From: Rhodosorus marinus CCMP1338
Taxonomy: Eukaryota > Plantae > Rhodophyta
Direction of reading: 5' to 3'
DNA: 64,000 nt
NCBI GenBank assembly: GCA_029953675.1
Contig: JAMWBK010000009.1
Coordinates: 496,001 to 560,000, forward strand
The notes below the pieces were generated by a model. That model saw nothing but the letters and a program-made list of their open reading frames with translations, did not search any database and had not been told where the DNA came from. Both the position numbers and the translations under genes were made by a program. Positions 47,797 through 60,296 of the stretch are shown here, one piece after another; within the stretch, counting starts at the first letter, position 1, and the number at the start of each line of letters is the position of its first letter.

Positions 47797-49727
47797 CCTT
47801 GTGTCTATATCCTCCAAGAATCTGTCTACCAGCAAGCGTGTAAAAATGCCGAAACTTGGTCTTGTACAAACCACAGATAGAAAAGTCACTCGTACTGTGC
47901 GTCAAATCAATAGAGTCGTCCAACTAAAACTGTGAGTAGAGGAAAGCAAAGTGAGGTCGGGTATCGAAATCTAGCAGGCAGAGTACTTAGAACCGAGAAG
48001 TAGCTCCGCTAAGTACCTGAAGAGTCTGTCAACAATCAAAGTGTAATGAAGAGGTGGGAACAGCTGCAAGGCTGGTCCCTGGAGATCGGTTTCGCAGGAC
48101 AGCTGTGAAGACGAAATTTCTTCTAAAAACAATTATCTTCGAGTTCGTTGAATTCTGGATTCTAACGGAAGTGTCCATCTTCAGAAACTTGGACCGGATG
48201 GCGTAGGTCTGCTGAGCCAAGCTCTTCCAGCTAAGCGTTTCTTCTAGACACGGGTTAAGAACAGCAAAGCTTCGCCAGCGAACGTCTCACCCATCACGAC
48301 AGATTGGTGGCACTGGGGTGTGCGATATGCAGGCCGCGCCCCTCTGTTCGTGCTCCAGATGAAACACTCTGGAAACAATCAAAACGATCTCATACCCCCC
48401 AAAAAAGAAAAACGAAGGTGCCGCTCCTCGAAACGTAGGACAGTGTGATCGAACGCGCCGGGCCAGAGGTCGAGCTAGCCTACCTTAGTTTGTCTTTCCA
48501 ATCGTATCCGTATCTCCACAAGTCTTTCGGCTCCTGAAATACTAACTGCAGAGGCCAAGCTGGGTGCAGCCACTACCCCCAAAGATTACGGACTTTTCAA
48601 GCTCTACCCTCCCAAAACCTTCCAAAAAGCCTTGTTTAGTAATAGCCCCCCCGGCATTGCAATGTTTTATCCAAAACCTGTGTTTCCGCACAAAACAAGA
48701 GTGGACAAACAAACCACGATTTTTTTTGGAGGGGGTAGGTTGTTGCCTACCACCAGATCTAGAAAACCTGAATAAAGTAATAGAAAGATCAGCTTTGAGT
48801 TGAAAAGACAACCTGAACAAAACAGTCCAAAAAACCGTTTCAACAAATTCTCTCACAAAATCTGTCCGATTGCGACTCCCCCCGATATTCTTTTGTTTTC
48901 AAAAATACCGTATATTTTTCTTCATTATTAAATCTACGTGACATGTACAAAACGTACTAATCGATTTTATCAGACAATTTATGACAATCCCGACATGATG
49001 ACAGGCTGTCGGACATCCAGCACCAAAAAAAAACGAGTCAAAAAAGGTAGGACACGTGTCCCAAGCCGGAAACGTTTTTTTAAATTCGATCTTACGAAAG
49101 AGGTCAAAAGAAAAAAAAAAAAAATTCCCTACGGTGTTTTTCGAGCTTTTTAAGCCGATTTTGGTTTGCTGGATCGATGCGATGGTTTTGTTTCTTAGGG
49201 TCTCGTCCCGAGTGTGGGTTTTTGGGGGGGTTTAAAAGACGCTGGGGAGTGTATAGAGAGACAAAAAAGGTGGATTTTTACAGGAGTGCTTGTATTGTTG
49301 TGGAAAAATTGGGTTTTTACCGGTCTAGTCTGGAGCACCCGTAGAAGGAGGGAAAAAGGTGGGGGGTTTGACGTTACTGTTAGAGTTTGAAGAGAACAGA
49401 AAGTATGGGGATGGTGAGGGGGGGAGGGGAGAGGAGGGTAATGGGTAGGGTGGATGTAAGTATGATGTTTTTTTGGTGGGGGGAGGGGAAGGTGGGAGGG
49501 GGATGGGGGTAGAGGTGAAGGAGTTGGAGGAGAGATCGTTTGGATTAGACGAAGAGCTGTGTGTGTGTTTTGGGGATGGTTTTTTTGAGGGGGTTGGTTT
49601 GAGTGAGTGGGTGTGAGGTTTTTGGTTTAGTTTTTAGGGTTTGGTTTGGTCGGAGGTGGTGGGCGGGGGGGGGGAGGGGGTTGGGAGTTTTTTTGGCTCT
49701 GGTTAGGAGCTTGGAGTAGGTTGTAGA

Positions 49728-51434
49728 ATGGAGGTTGTTGCTCCACCGCCTCCGCCTCCTCCTCCGGCGCCGTTAAGGGATACTTCTTCGGTAGGTCGTT
49801 TGATGCTTCCCTCAATGATCGGCTGGGTTTTGCTGAAGGAGACCCTTTTTTTGTGAGAGCTTGTCGGCTTCTGTTTCTGAGCTCGGTTTCTCCGTTTTGT
49901 TCTTCCTTTCCAAGGGTTCTAAGGATCTGCCTGCTGCGCCACCGGTTGCTGAAATGTCGGCCGAGGAAACACTGACTGAAGAAACACCGGCTACGGTTTC
50001 ACCGGCTGCTGAGATAGAGGCTACGGAAATACCGGCTGCTGCGATAGACGCTACGGAACTCCCGGCTGCTGATATAGACGCTACGGAAATACCGGCTGCT
50101 GAGATAGACGCTACGGAAACGCCGACTGCTGAGACAGAGGATACGGAAATGCCGACTGCTGAGACAGAGGATACGGAAATGCCGGCTGCTAAGACTGAGG
50201 CTACAGGAATACTGGCTGCTGAGACAGATGCAAAGGAATCACCGACCGCAGAAACTGGAGGAGTGGAAGCGTCCCTTGAGTCGGCGAAAGCAGTTATTGT
50301 TGAAGAACCGGACCGATTGGAGGCTGTTGCCAACGCTTTAGTTGGGGAGCCCAAGCTGAATCCCTCGGATGAAATCGTTGTTGTGGGGGGAGAGAAGTCA
50401 GCGTCCGCTGATAACATAGTCGGGGCGGATGAGATCAACATGGCCTCAGTAGACGAGAAAGAAACACTTCTCGGCACTACTCTAAACGAGGAACGGGTCC
50501 CGTCGAGTGCCGCAGATAAAGTTGGCCCCAAGGAGGTTAGCCTGATTGAGGATCTCTCGAAGACGATTTCGTTCATGGCGGATCCGATGACAATATTTTT
50601 CGCGGAGATCGTCGTAATTTTGTTCATCAACGCTGCATATTCACCTATTTTGCAGACTTGGTTTTGCCGGATCGTTATTCCGCCGGTCCTCATCTCAAGT
50701 GTAGCCTTAGGATTCTTTTGGCGACGGGAATCGATCTCACCAAATCGGATACTGGAAGCGTTGAGCGAGCAAGAACAGAAAAGAGTGGCTGACTTTGAGG
50801 TAAGGAACTTTATCTGAGGAGAGGAGATACGCTGCCTGACCACCATTTGGTTCAGAAGACCTCATCTTTTCACGTTCGCGTTGTTTCGCATCTCCCAGAA
50901 ACGACTGAAGGAAAGAACTAGCGCCCTCGATGCTAAAGAAAAAGCTCTCTTTCTCGAGGAGGAGAAGCTGCGTGCTGTTCGGGACCAGCTGAAGGACGGC
51001 CTGCTCCAGCAGGCAAGCACAGGACAGCCTGATGATGCACAACCTCAGCGCGGAGTAGAGCTTGGACCATCTGCGTCGGTAAGTGTCCTCGTAATGCCTT
51101 GCTGAAGCAAATTAGAGGAAGCTGAAGGTCCTTGTCTGCTTTCGGGTTGGCTCTGCTTTCGCCGATTCGCGATCAATAGCTGGAGGCTGCTGGAGAACCT
51201 GCAAGGAAAACTGTGGAGGAGTTCCTTCCCCCGCGCACTCTGGCCGGCGCCCAAATAAAACTTGACGCGAACATGATCCATATTTGTCAGCACGCGTTCG
51301 AGACCTTTGAAGAACGCGAGCGCGTGCTCCAGGCCCGGGCAAATCTCGGTCTGGATTCTAACACGGCTGAAATGAGCAGAACCGAACTTCAGAAGAAGTC
51401 GAAGGAACAGAGTGTTGGAATCCTAGCTAGGTAA
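49728..51434 (+). CDS. Hypothetical membrane protein with acidic 10-aa repeats; apparent +1 frameshift in a T7 run
   Basis: ATG at 49728 (MEVVAPPPP...LKETLF) joins ORF 49861-50817 if one T is removed from 49846-49852. Hydrophobic segments at ~50590-50720; introns at ~50801 and ~51079; coiled-coil C-terminus. Confidence 0.5.
50001..50240 (+). repeat. 30-bp coding tandem repeat, 8 units (PAAEIDATEI)
   Basis: ACCGGCTGCTGAGATAGACGCTACGGAAAT-like units in register. Confidence 0.9.
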
Positions 51435-52209
51435 TCGACCTGTTTCCAATGTCTTTCTAGTGCACACGACTCATGCTGCTTCTCAGAGCAGATCGGGCCT
51501 AACCTTGCCGTTATTTGTGTTCACAACCTGACAGCTTCTTGCACAGGGTCAGACCATACTCGAGCGTGCCAGCGATGATAAAACCAAACAAAAAGCTGCT
51601 CATGAGCCGTCGTATCGATTGACCTACATTCATTGTTTCTAAAAGTATGTTCGGACCTGAAGGTGATAACCAAAATTTTTGGAGTGAAGAAAATAGTGTT
51701 CCCAAAGGAGTTGCGATGTCTTTTATTTGATGGAACCGTAGGAGCTACGAGCCGCAGTCTGCAGCTTTTCGAGGGTCGTCCCTTATCGTACCTGAACGTT
51801 CTTGCACCCTTTCCGGAGAAGGAGCTTATTACGGGGTCGAAAATTCGGCCGAAAAGGAAGCAGTAAACTTTCATATCGTCCTTTGCTTCGGATAACATTT
51901 AGCCTTTGGTTTTAAAAATATCCAAGTCTTACGGACAGAGGAGGTTAGGTGAAGCTCCGCAACTTTTTGAAGAGCTCTGTGATAAACGGTTTCTGCTCTC
52001 AAATATCTTCCGGAAGTTCACGAACTGGCACTTTTGCTCTGGAGGCCGTGACTGTGTCTCATGACCCCCTCGCGCGCTTCTACTCCTGGACATCCTCTCT
52101 TTGGATTTGAACTCTGAACTTTCGCATGTTTTGCTATATGAGCTCCTGAGGCGATATCTTCAGCTGGCACCGAACCCAGTTTACTACCGTTACTAGTGTA
52201 CTAGCAGTA

Positions 52210-52338
52210 GGGTTGTGCCATGTGGGTTGGGTTTTTCGCTGCTTCCCCCACCTCCCCCTTAAACCCACCTGTTTTCGCGGGTTTAACCACTTCTGGGTCG
52301 TAAACAATACGAAAAACCCAAACCACTTGGCACAAACC
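52210..52338. mobile_element. Mutator-like MITE, 129 bp
   Basis: 29-bp TIRs (52210-52238 and 52310-52338, 26/29 match, beginning GG), flanked by the direct 11-bp repeat TACTAGCAGTA (52199-52209 and 52339-52349). Confidence 0.8.
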
Positions 52339-53340
52339 TACTAGCAGTACTAGACTCTTCAGAACAGCGTGGGCGTCAGTCGAGACTGCTTAGGCAAAAC
52401 TCAGAAACATTACCATTGAATCATCGCGTCCCATTACATCCTCATGCGAGTCTATCACTGATGGGAAAAGATCTGAGTAAAGGCTGGACGCCAAAAGTCA
52501 AATCTGCATAGTTTAACTGAGCCCCTCATCAGTTCCGCGAGAGGAACTGGTACCCATGTACTACCCTCGAAGACAGCCGGCGTCAGGGCTTGTGCTCCAA
52601 ATCTCTCAACTCAGGCTCCGTGATGTGAGACCATGGTTTCTCATCGTTGACTCCATTGCTAAGTCACTCTCCACCTACTCGGGCCAATAATCATGTTTCA
52701 ACAATACGGCCTTTTAACCACCAGGGAAACGACGGGCTCGAAACAGGGGACTCTGGAGCCAGCGGGGTCGCATATGTCACGAAACCTTTATCATGAAGAG
52801 CGTCTTTGAGGTAATACGAGCCGACTGCTTCAGCATCTCAAGTGCCTTGCTTGAGCCATGCAGGCCCATGCCTTTTAATAGGTTCTTGAAGCCCCTTCGC
52901 GCGTCGCGATCCCCAACCGCAAACCACACCTTGAAATACAATAATATATTCAAAATTCATGATCCGCTTCCTCCAATTACAGCCAATTTTACTATATTTT
53001 ATCATTCATTCAATATTTTCAGTATCTGAATAATAGATGATATTATTCACCTAATCCAATAGACTCATATTTTTATTTTACGATAGCTGAGGAGAGTTTG
53101 ATTTATTTAAATATTTAAGATCTGCATCTATTTTATTTGCTATTACAGTATTATGTTATTTGAATATTATATGAATTTATAAAAATGTTCGAAGTTTCCG
53201 TTGGCGGAGGACTTTTTGGTTTTCAATACGGGGAAGTGAATCGATTGGTGGAGATGGACTAGTGCTTTGGTAGTGGGATAGTGTGGATGGAAGAGGGGGG
53301 TGTGAACAGGTTTGTAGAATAGATTTTATTGAAGGATCAG

Positions 53341-54096
53341 ATGGCATTTGTATCATTGAGTAAGCTGGTGCGGTCACCTGGGCTGCGGGGGCTACGGTAC
53401 TGCACGAGACGCGCCGTATCGAGCTCTGCGGGTGGTGATGGATCGAATCTGAGCTTGAAGTTGCTGGTATTTCTGGGGAGTACGAGGCCGAATCGAATGT
53501 GTGCGAGGGTTAGTTCGTACGTTGTTCGAACGTTGGAACAGAGGGGGCATCAGGTTGAAGTTGTGGATCCTGTCGAGTTGGATCTGCCGCTACTACGGCA
53601 ACCGGTATTTGCTTATCCGCCCGGGAAGGCCCCGAAGGTTTTATTGGAGCTTGAAGAGAAGATCAAGGCGGCTGATGGCTACGTAATCGTATCTCCCGAG
53701 TACAACCACAGCTTCAGCCCAGCGATCGGCAATACCCTCGGACACTTTGGCGGTTCTTGCTTTGCCTTCAAGTCGAGCTCGATCGTGACCTATTCGATCG
53801 GACAGTTCGCAGGCATCAGAGCAGCGATGAGCCTCCGTCCGTTCCTCAGTGAGCTAGGGTGTCTACCCGTCAGCGCGATCTTCAGCATAGCCAAAGTGGG
53901 CGAAGTGTTCAACCCGGATGGGTCTTTCAAGGATGGACAAGATGACAAGCGATGGGACGGCTACGCCGCGAAGTGTTTCGGTCAGCTGGAATGGGTAGGA
54001 TCAGCGTTCAAGAAACACCGCCAGGTCGTAGACCCGTTCAGTAGCTCTCCACCGAACGTGAAAATGGAAGACAGATACATGCCCGAATCCGAATAG
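53341..54096 (+). CDS. NAD(P)H-dependent FMN reductase (flavodoxin fold), organelle-targeted, intronless
   Basis: MAFV... N-terminal extension; VFLGSTRPNR, ADGYVIVSPEYNHSFSPA and YSIGQFAGIRA motifs. Confidence 0.9.
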   Translation: MAFVSLSKLVRSPGLRGLRYCTRRAVSSSAGGDGSNLSLKLLVFLGSTRPNRMCARVSSYVVRTLEQRGHQVEVVDPVELDLPLLRQPVFAYPPGKAPKVLLELEEKIKAADGYVIVSPEYNHSFSPAIGNTLGHFGGSCFAFKSSSIVTYSIGQFAGIRAAMSLRPFLSELGCLPVSAIFSIAKVGEVFNPDGSFKDGQDDKRWDGYAAKCFGQLEWVGSAFKKHRQVVDPFSSSPPNVKMEDRYMPESE

Positions 54097-55071
54097 CGAA
54101 GGTCCTTCAAAGAGAGAGACACAAACCATACAAGAGCGGGCCAGAGGAGCAAAAGTGAGAAATGCTCGAAGCCGCTGGGAAATAACGATCCATTGTGAAC
54201 CTCACAAGATCAGGATTGAAATGACTTGGGATTTTTAAAGAATAGCCTTTCTGCTGAACACCAGCCCCTCCGCGATGGAGTCCGACAGGGAAGCTCAAAC
54301 TGGGGAAGAGCAGAATCGACAACGACTTAGGATTCTCAACTTGGTAATGAAGGATCATGATAACGATTGTTGTGTACTAATATGCCTGCCATAGATGCCC
54401 CTCGAAACTCAAACAGACGAACACTTGTTTTCCGTGAGCTTCCACTCACGAGGATCTCGGTGAAGAGGTAATCTCACACGCCTCGACAAACGACGGGACT
54501 ATGTGAGTGACCTCGTGCACGTGTTCAGAGCAGCAGAATGCTAGACCTACTCGGTCTTCTCATTGCAGTTGGACAACTTACTTCTCTGTTTTACACGAGG
54601 TCTGCACCAATCAGCCCCTCAATCGGCTCCATCGTTGCAGCAAAGCTTCAGGGTACTTCGAAACATTTCCGCGCACCCTCATTGAAACCCTAGCCGTTCA
54701 CTAGCAGGGACAAAGATGACGCGCTGTCGATTATAGAGAAGTGCTTCTCGAACCGTGGAAGCGCAGGCCATATCGGGATGCAGTGTCCGTCCAATCATAT
54801 ACGTCACTTTCGTAACCCACTGAAACCCTTTGCCATGCTGAACGTCTGATCGCTTTGGATCCACCTTTCTCATGCTCGGTTGGAAGTTAGCCGGTTGCGT
54901 TTTCAGCTCTGACATGAGATCGAATCGATCTCATGCGATGGAGGTTTGATTGATCGTTTTGTCCTGTTTCCAGCGCTCTGTTCCGTGTGCACATCTGGCG
55001 ATTACGGATAACCCATCCCAACCCCTTGGGGGAATTTTTTTTTATTTCACGTAGAGATACTCCTGTTTTGC

Positions 55072-55737
55072 TTAAGCGTCCTTTTTGGGCTCTGTGGATC
55101 TGAGAGTTCTGGGATCCAGCGCCTTGATGGATGGATAGTCCATCTGTTCCAAGGTCGAAGCTTCCAAAGGCGCGTATGTGACGACGTTATAGGTCTGGTT
55201 GTAAACCTCAATGACATACTTGAGATGAGCGCCCTTCTCCTCGGCGGCTCTGTGAAGCTCTCCGAAGACCTTCGAGAGGTACATAAGCAAGCTCGGAACA
55301 AAGAACGGCCAACCTCTCAGCCGGAATTTGCCGTAGAGACAGTTACCCGAAACCAGCGGATACTTCTCGAAACCCGCGGCGGCGAGCTTTGCAGCAAAGG
55401 TCTCGCGCTCCTCCGCCGGAATATCTTCGAGGACAACTCCAACCATCGCTCGACTGCCTTCGAAGTCACCGAACTCCTTCTCCATGTCCTTAGGATCGTC
55501 GTAGTAAATCCCAAGCCTCCTGACATCCGGCGAACACTCCAGCTGGAAGACCTCACTGAACAGAGGGCCCAGTTTCTCGTATGGGCCAACCTGAATCTTC
55601 AACATAGCAGTCTTTCCAGAGAGGCCGACATCACCCTCCTGTGCTCGTACCATCTTGAAACCGCCAACGAATCCAAACGCAGCAAGTCCAGCCGCAACAA
55701 CAGCAGCTCCCACACCAAGTCCTACCAGCAACGCCAT
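55072..55737 (-). CDS. TEX264-like protein (N-terminal TM + GyrI-like domain), paralog A
   Basis: Hydrophobic N-terminus; GPYEKLGPLF...RLGIYYDDP...RAMVGVVL matches the TEX264 pattern (GPY...G.LF...I.VYYD.P...VG.IL). Confidence 0.75.
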   Translation of the reverse strand: MALLVGLGVGAAVVAAGLAAFGFVGGFKMVRAQEGDVGLSGKTAMLKIQVGPYEKLGPLFSEVFQLECSPDVRRLGIYYDDPKDMEKEFGDFEGSRAMVGVVLEDIPAEERETFAAKLAAAGFEKYPLVSGNCLYGKFRLRGWPFFVPSLLMYLSKVFGELHRAAEEKGAHLKYVIEVYNQTYNVVTYAPLEASTLEQMDYPSIKALDPRTLRSTEPKKDA

Positions 55738-57123
55738 GATTCAACTTTCAACAGAACAATACTAGAATCAAACCAGGTTCCTGTCTTCCTCCTCACCCTC
55801 AGGACTGTCAAAGACACATAACACTGCCTCTACCGATATAAATCACCTCAGACGAGGGAAGAAGATCTCTATACTGATAGCGCTGCGTTTCTGGTCGTCG
55901 CGCCAACTAAATCGAGTGTGTTCAAAACTAACAAATCGCTAGGTATCGGGGGGGAGAAGGGGACCGGCTGCCACCAAAAAACAAAACTAACCGTTCTATC
56001 TCCGTTTCTGTCTCTCTGGCCATCCCAGAAAACCTCTAAAACAATATTCACGTGTGCCGTAAGACCCTTCAAAACAAGATTTAGCTCCTTCCTTCGGCCT
56101 TTACAACGGGTTTTTTTTTTCCCAAATTTTTTTTCTTCAGGATTCATGCGTAGAAACAAAAGCTTGATGCTAATCACATCATCCAAGAAATTTCTTCTTC
56201 ATCAAGAAGAGGGACAGTCATCCCTTCCCCCCCCCTCCATCCACGACCAAACCCCCTTTTGACTTCTAACCCCAACGCTTCGTCGGAATAAGTCGATCTT
56301 GAATTCCCAAATAAAAAGGGTAAACAGTATCTCAAGTCTTATCTCTTTATAAGTGTCACTCTATTTATTAACTCTAGAAACCAAATATTATTTGAAATAT
56401 GATAATTTCGAGATGATAAGAACGACGCTTAAATATGTGGTTAAAAATTCCGTTGACATTAGATTGATTGAATCGTTTTAAGTGTCACTTGGTGAGAAAT
56501 CCTATAATATGTACGGTTTGGGTTTAAAAACTGTACAATTGGTTTAGGCGGAGTTGAAATGGTTGGTGGCGCGCTTTCGGGAGGTTGCAGGAGGATAGCG
56601 ACGGGATGACTGGTTTTTAATAATGGTATGCCTCATGTGAGGACAAGAATGTGGATATTGTTTAGGTATGGTCGGAAACGGGCAACCGTTTTGGTGACTG
56701 GGTTTGGCGTCGGAGTTTTTCCTGGACATGCACAGGGTTAGGAGCAATCGAAGCAATGTGCGCAAAAAATGATGAGCGGTGTTGATTTTCTCAGTGGTCG
56801 TGTCTTCACATGTTAGCGATTGTTTAGTTCATGGCTAGGGTCGTTCCTTGCAATCTTGGTGCTGGTCAGAGTATCAAAAAAAAAACAGTCGAAAAGCCCG
56901 CAATCAGCCCGCCTCGGTCAACGTTCACGTGCGGGTGTGAACAAGCGTTCTTCTCCAGGCCTGCGTATGGAAGGCGCACAATACGAAATCGCCTCACTTA
57001 TCCGTCCAAAAATTACAAACTGGCGCCATCACTTTGCCTTGCGCTGAGCAATCATTGACTGGACTCGATCTGCTCTTCAGCCCCCAGCACTTGACTCGAT
57101 CAAAGCAATGCTGATGAGCGAAT

Positions 57124-58292
57124 CTATCCACCGATGAAGTTCATGTGAAATCTGCTCAAGAGCGAAGGTACAGCGGTAATGACTGGGCCGTATTGTTCCT
57201 ACATAGCGTTAAGTGAAATGGTCATGAGGCTTGCTGAGTACTCGTCGACGGAGGGATGTTGGTTGTCAGCTTTCATTCTTTCTTTCCGGCGTACCATGTT
57301 GTCATACACTTCAAACAGAGGTACGGCGAGCAGTTGATAAGATTTTGGAACCGCAAACGTGCATGAATCTGGCAACTGCACTGTGAAAACAGCGTGGGAT
57401 TCCTTCGGTTTGGTTACATGAGCTGGGATATATGGGTATCTCCTCTCCGAAAAGTCAGGGGAATACCATGTCGCAACTGCAGCGGCACAGCGGAGAACGG
57501 AACATAAGTTTCCCGGACAGCCTTTTCCGGCCTCCGTTGTGGTTGGGGATGCTCTTACTTTGCTCTCCGATCTCAAACTCTGGAGGCGTAGCAACATCAG
57601 CCGGCGGGCTTAACTTGCTCTGGAGTTTTCTCACGAGCCCATCTACATCGTTCTCACCTGGTCGGAGTCTTCCACCTGGTAGTATAAAGCTGAACAAAGA
57701 GGAGACATGGACGTTCCCTGCCCGTTAGTACCGCAGTCATTGATCCTCATTGTAATCAAACTGAATCTTCTGCGACTCACTTTTTAGGTCGCTTAGATGA
57801 TTGCAACAACAAGATGTGCGGAAATCGATGATTCTGCAGCAGGAGCACAGCACCAACACTACGCCTCATACCCCGCTTCTTGTATTTCTCTTCCAGATCC
57901 TTTTGCCTCTCCTCCGCGCTGCTTGATTTCTTGCTGTCCTTCTGGCTCTCGCCTTTCGTACCAAAGGTATACTTGGTCACATCATAAAGGTTCAACGTCG
58001 ACATCGGCGCAAACCGCGGAAAAAGCGGGGACTCCGAAACCGCCCTCGGCGTGATCGCCTGTTCTGTACCCTGACCTACTCCATCTTCTTCACCCGATCC
58101 ATTCCCTTCCAACTGCTTCTCACCACCATCGACCTTCTCCACATCGTCCTTCCCGGGTTCAGCAGACGCATCCACCCCATCCTGCCCCTTCTCACCTCCA
58201 TCTCCCGTATCCGCAGCGACGTCCTCGTTCTCAGGAGCACCGGATCCACCCACTTCCTCCACCTCCTTCCCAGGCACTTCCTCACCACCCAT
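57124..58292 (-). CDS. NUDT21: Cleavage factor Im 25-kDa subunit (NUDT21/CPSF5), multi-exon
   Basis: LNLYDVTKYTFGTK, GMRRSVGAVLLL..H.FPHILLLQ, FILPGGRLRPGE, YPYIPAHVTKPKE, LLAVPLFEVYDN, and last exon YGPVITAVPSLLSRF; acidic N-terminal extension. Confidence 0.92.
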
Positions 58293-59104
58293 CCTCACAA
58301 CTACAACGAAAACGGAAAAAGAAAAGAGAGAGAGAGGAGCCAAAGAAGAAGAATACTATCAAGATTTGACAAGATCTTGTCAGACGAGCTCGAGGACAGC
58401 CCAAAGCACTTAGACTAATATCTTCAAGACAATCCTTCCAACGAACAAGAAATCACTCTATCCCTTCAAACCATACAGGCACCCGAATGAATGACAGGTT
58501 TCTTCTTATCATCCACCATGGTATCTTATCTCGCTTAACGTAGTCCACCCTCCAGATCTACGTGCCTCTTCTCTCCCCGTTATCTTTTCTAAACTCGGAA
58601 GAGAAGCCAGGTCCGAACTCCTTCCTCAAGAGAACTCGTCGGAAGAAGAAGTGTGGATGCCATCTCCAACTCCTTGAAGAGGACATGACGCAGTGTAGAA
58701 ACGCGCAACCTCTTTGAGAGAGAACACCAGCTTGCATCTTGTGCTTAGTAGCAGATTGAGGGTTGATGTTCATACGTTCTCACAAGGCTTCGCGACAAGA
58801 CGAGCGCTTTGAGCTTTCAGAACTGTCCTCGATCAGATAATGAGAACAAGGCCCACCCGTCCAGCGTCGTCTTCCACTCGTAAGAGAAAGAAAAAGTGTG
58901 AAAGTTTAATGATTCAGTATCGAGGAATCACCGAAATACTCGCTGTATGTAAAGGTGACGATAGGTTGACCGCTACAGAAGTGAAGCCTTCCCAGCAGGC
59001 AGGTCAGGGATGCTGGCGAACCACCGGGTATTTAGAGAACAGAAGAATAGAATAGAAGAACGGAGTTTCTTTGGGTGTGAATTGAGATGGCGAGTCGAAT
59101 CACT

Positions 59105-59286
59105 GGCTCTATCTCGCACCACCCAGTGGTACCTTTCCACCACGGCCGACGCAGGGTTAGCTCCGATTGCCCCCCTCTCCGCTTTTACTTTTACCCCACC
59201 AACGTAATGGCACTTAGGATATGCGGCAATCGAAGCTAAACTCTGCGTCGGCCGAGGTGGAAAGGTACCACGGGCGAGATGGAGCC
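59105..59286. other. Long imperfect intergenic inverted repeat (hairpin)
   Basis: Arms 59105-59171 and 59225-59286 pair with few mismatches and one bulge; 53-nt loop. Confidence 0.8.
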
Positions 59287-60296
59287 CTCAAGATGAAGGA
59301 AAAGAGGAGCGGATTTACAGACACAGCGGGTTTTTATCCCCGCCATCTCTGTCATTGGAGACCTTTTGAGTAGTTCCATACCACTCTAGGTCACTTCTCT
59401 TGTTCGTCAAAGAGAGGCAGAGGATAATATTAATAAAGAGAACTCAAGTCACTGGGACAATCTCGAGCCAGTAGGAGCAAAACCAATCGGGCTTGTCTCT
59501 AGTCCTCTCTGAAAAACTATGAATGTACTATGCATACCAGCTCGACTATTGACGAGGACGTCGGAAGCGAAAACGCTTTCAGAAAAGAGGGCCAGGTTGC
59601 GTCTCGCGCTTGAGGAGTGTTTTCATACGTCCTCAACTACACCAGACTTGAGCTTCAATCTCACGTGAGCAAGAGAGAGACCAAGACGGGCTTCCCTCAA
59701 GTAGCAGCTCAACACTCTTAGCGAGGACTTTTATAAGAGATTAAGAACCCAAAGTCTGTCCTAGAGCGAGGACGAGCTTGTGTCTAAAGCTTGCACCAGG
59801 TTGAGGGTGATTTTAATAGGTACTCAAATCCTTTGTGGTCTGAACGACTGAGACCCAATCTCAAGCAATCCAGTGAGAGCAAAACCAAGTCGAGATCTTC
59901 TTAAGTCCTCAGAAGTATCGCTTCTAATAATAACAATGTGCAGCCTCGTGACCTAAGATATTTCGCGTAGCGTTAGGATCCTCGGAAGTTTTGAATCTCA
60001 TGCTCTCTATCTCTCAAGAGCGAATCCTCGACTTCGAGGGAGCCTCTGTCCTGTTCGGACTCACCTGCCGGGTGCAGTCGTTCAAGAAGCTCTTCATGAA
60101 TCTCGGGAAAATCGATGAGCTCCACAACTCATTGGAAGAGCACTGGACTGGTGAGGCTTGAACCGCGGCACATCTATCAGGAACGTAGGACCACTGCATC
60201 GTGGAGGAGACCGTGACGATGTCTCTATTACCCAAGTAGTCCTCCAAGAGCGTGTGATAACCGAACAATCCACAACTCAATTTGAGGATGACTAGG

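Noticed and set aside
49812-50846. 344-aa minus-strand ORF
   Set aside because: Antisense shadow of the repeat-rich plus-strand gene, which has the splice sites and hydrophobic segments.
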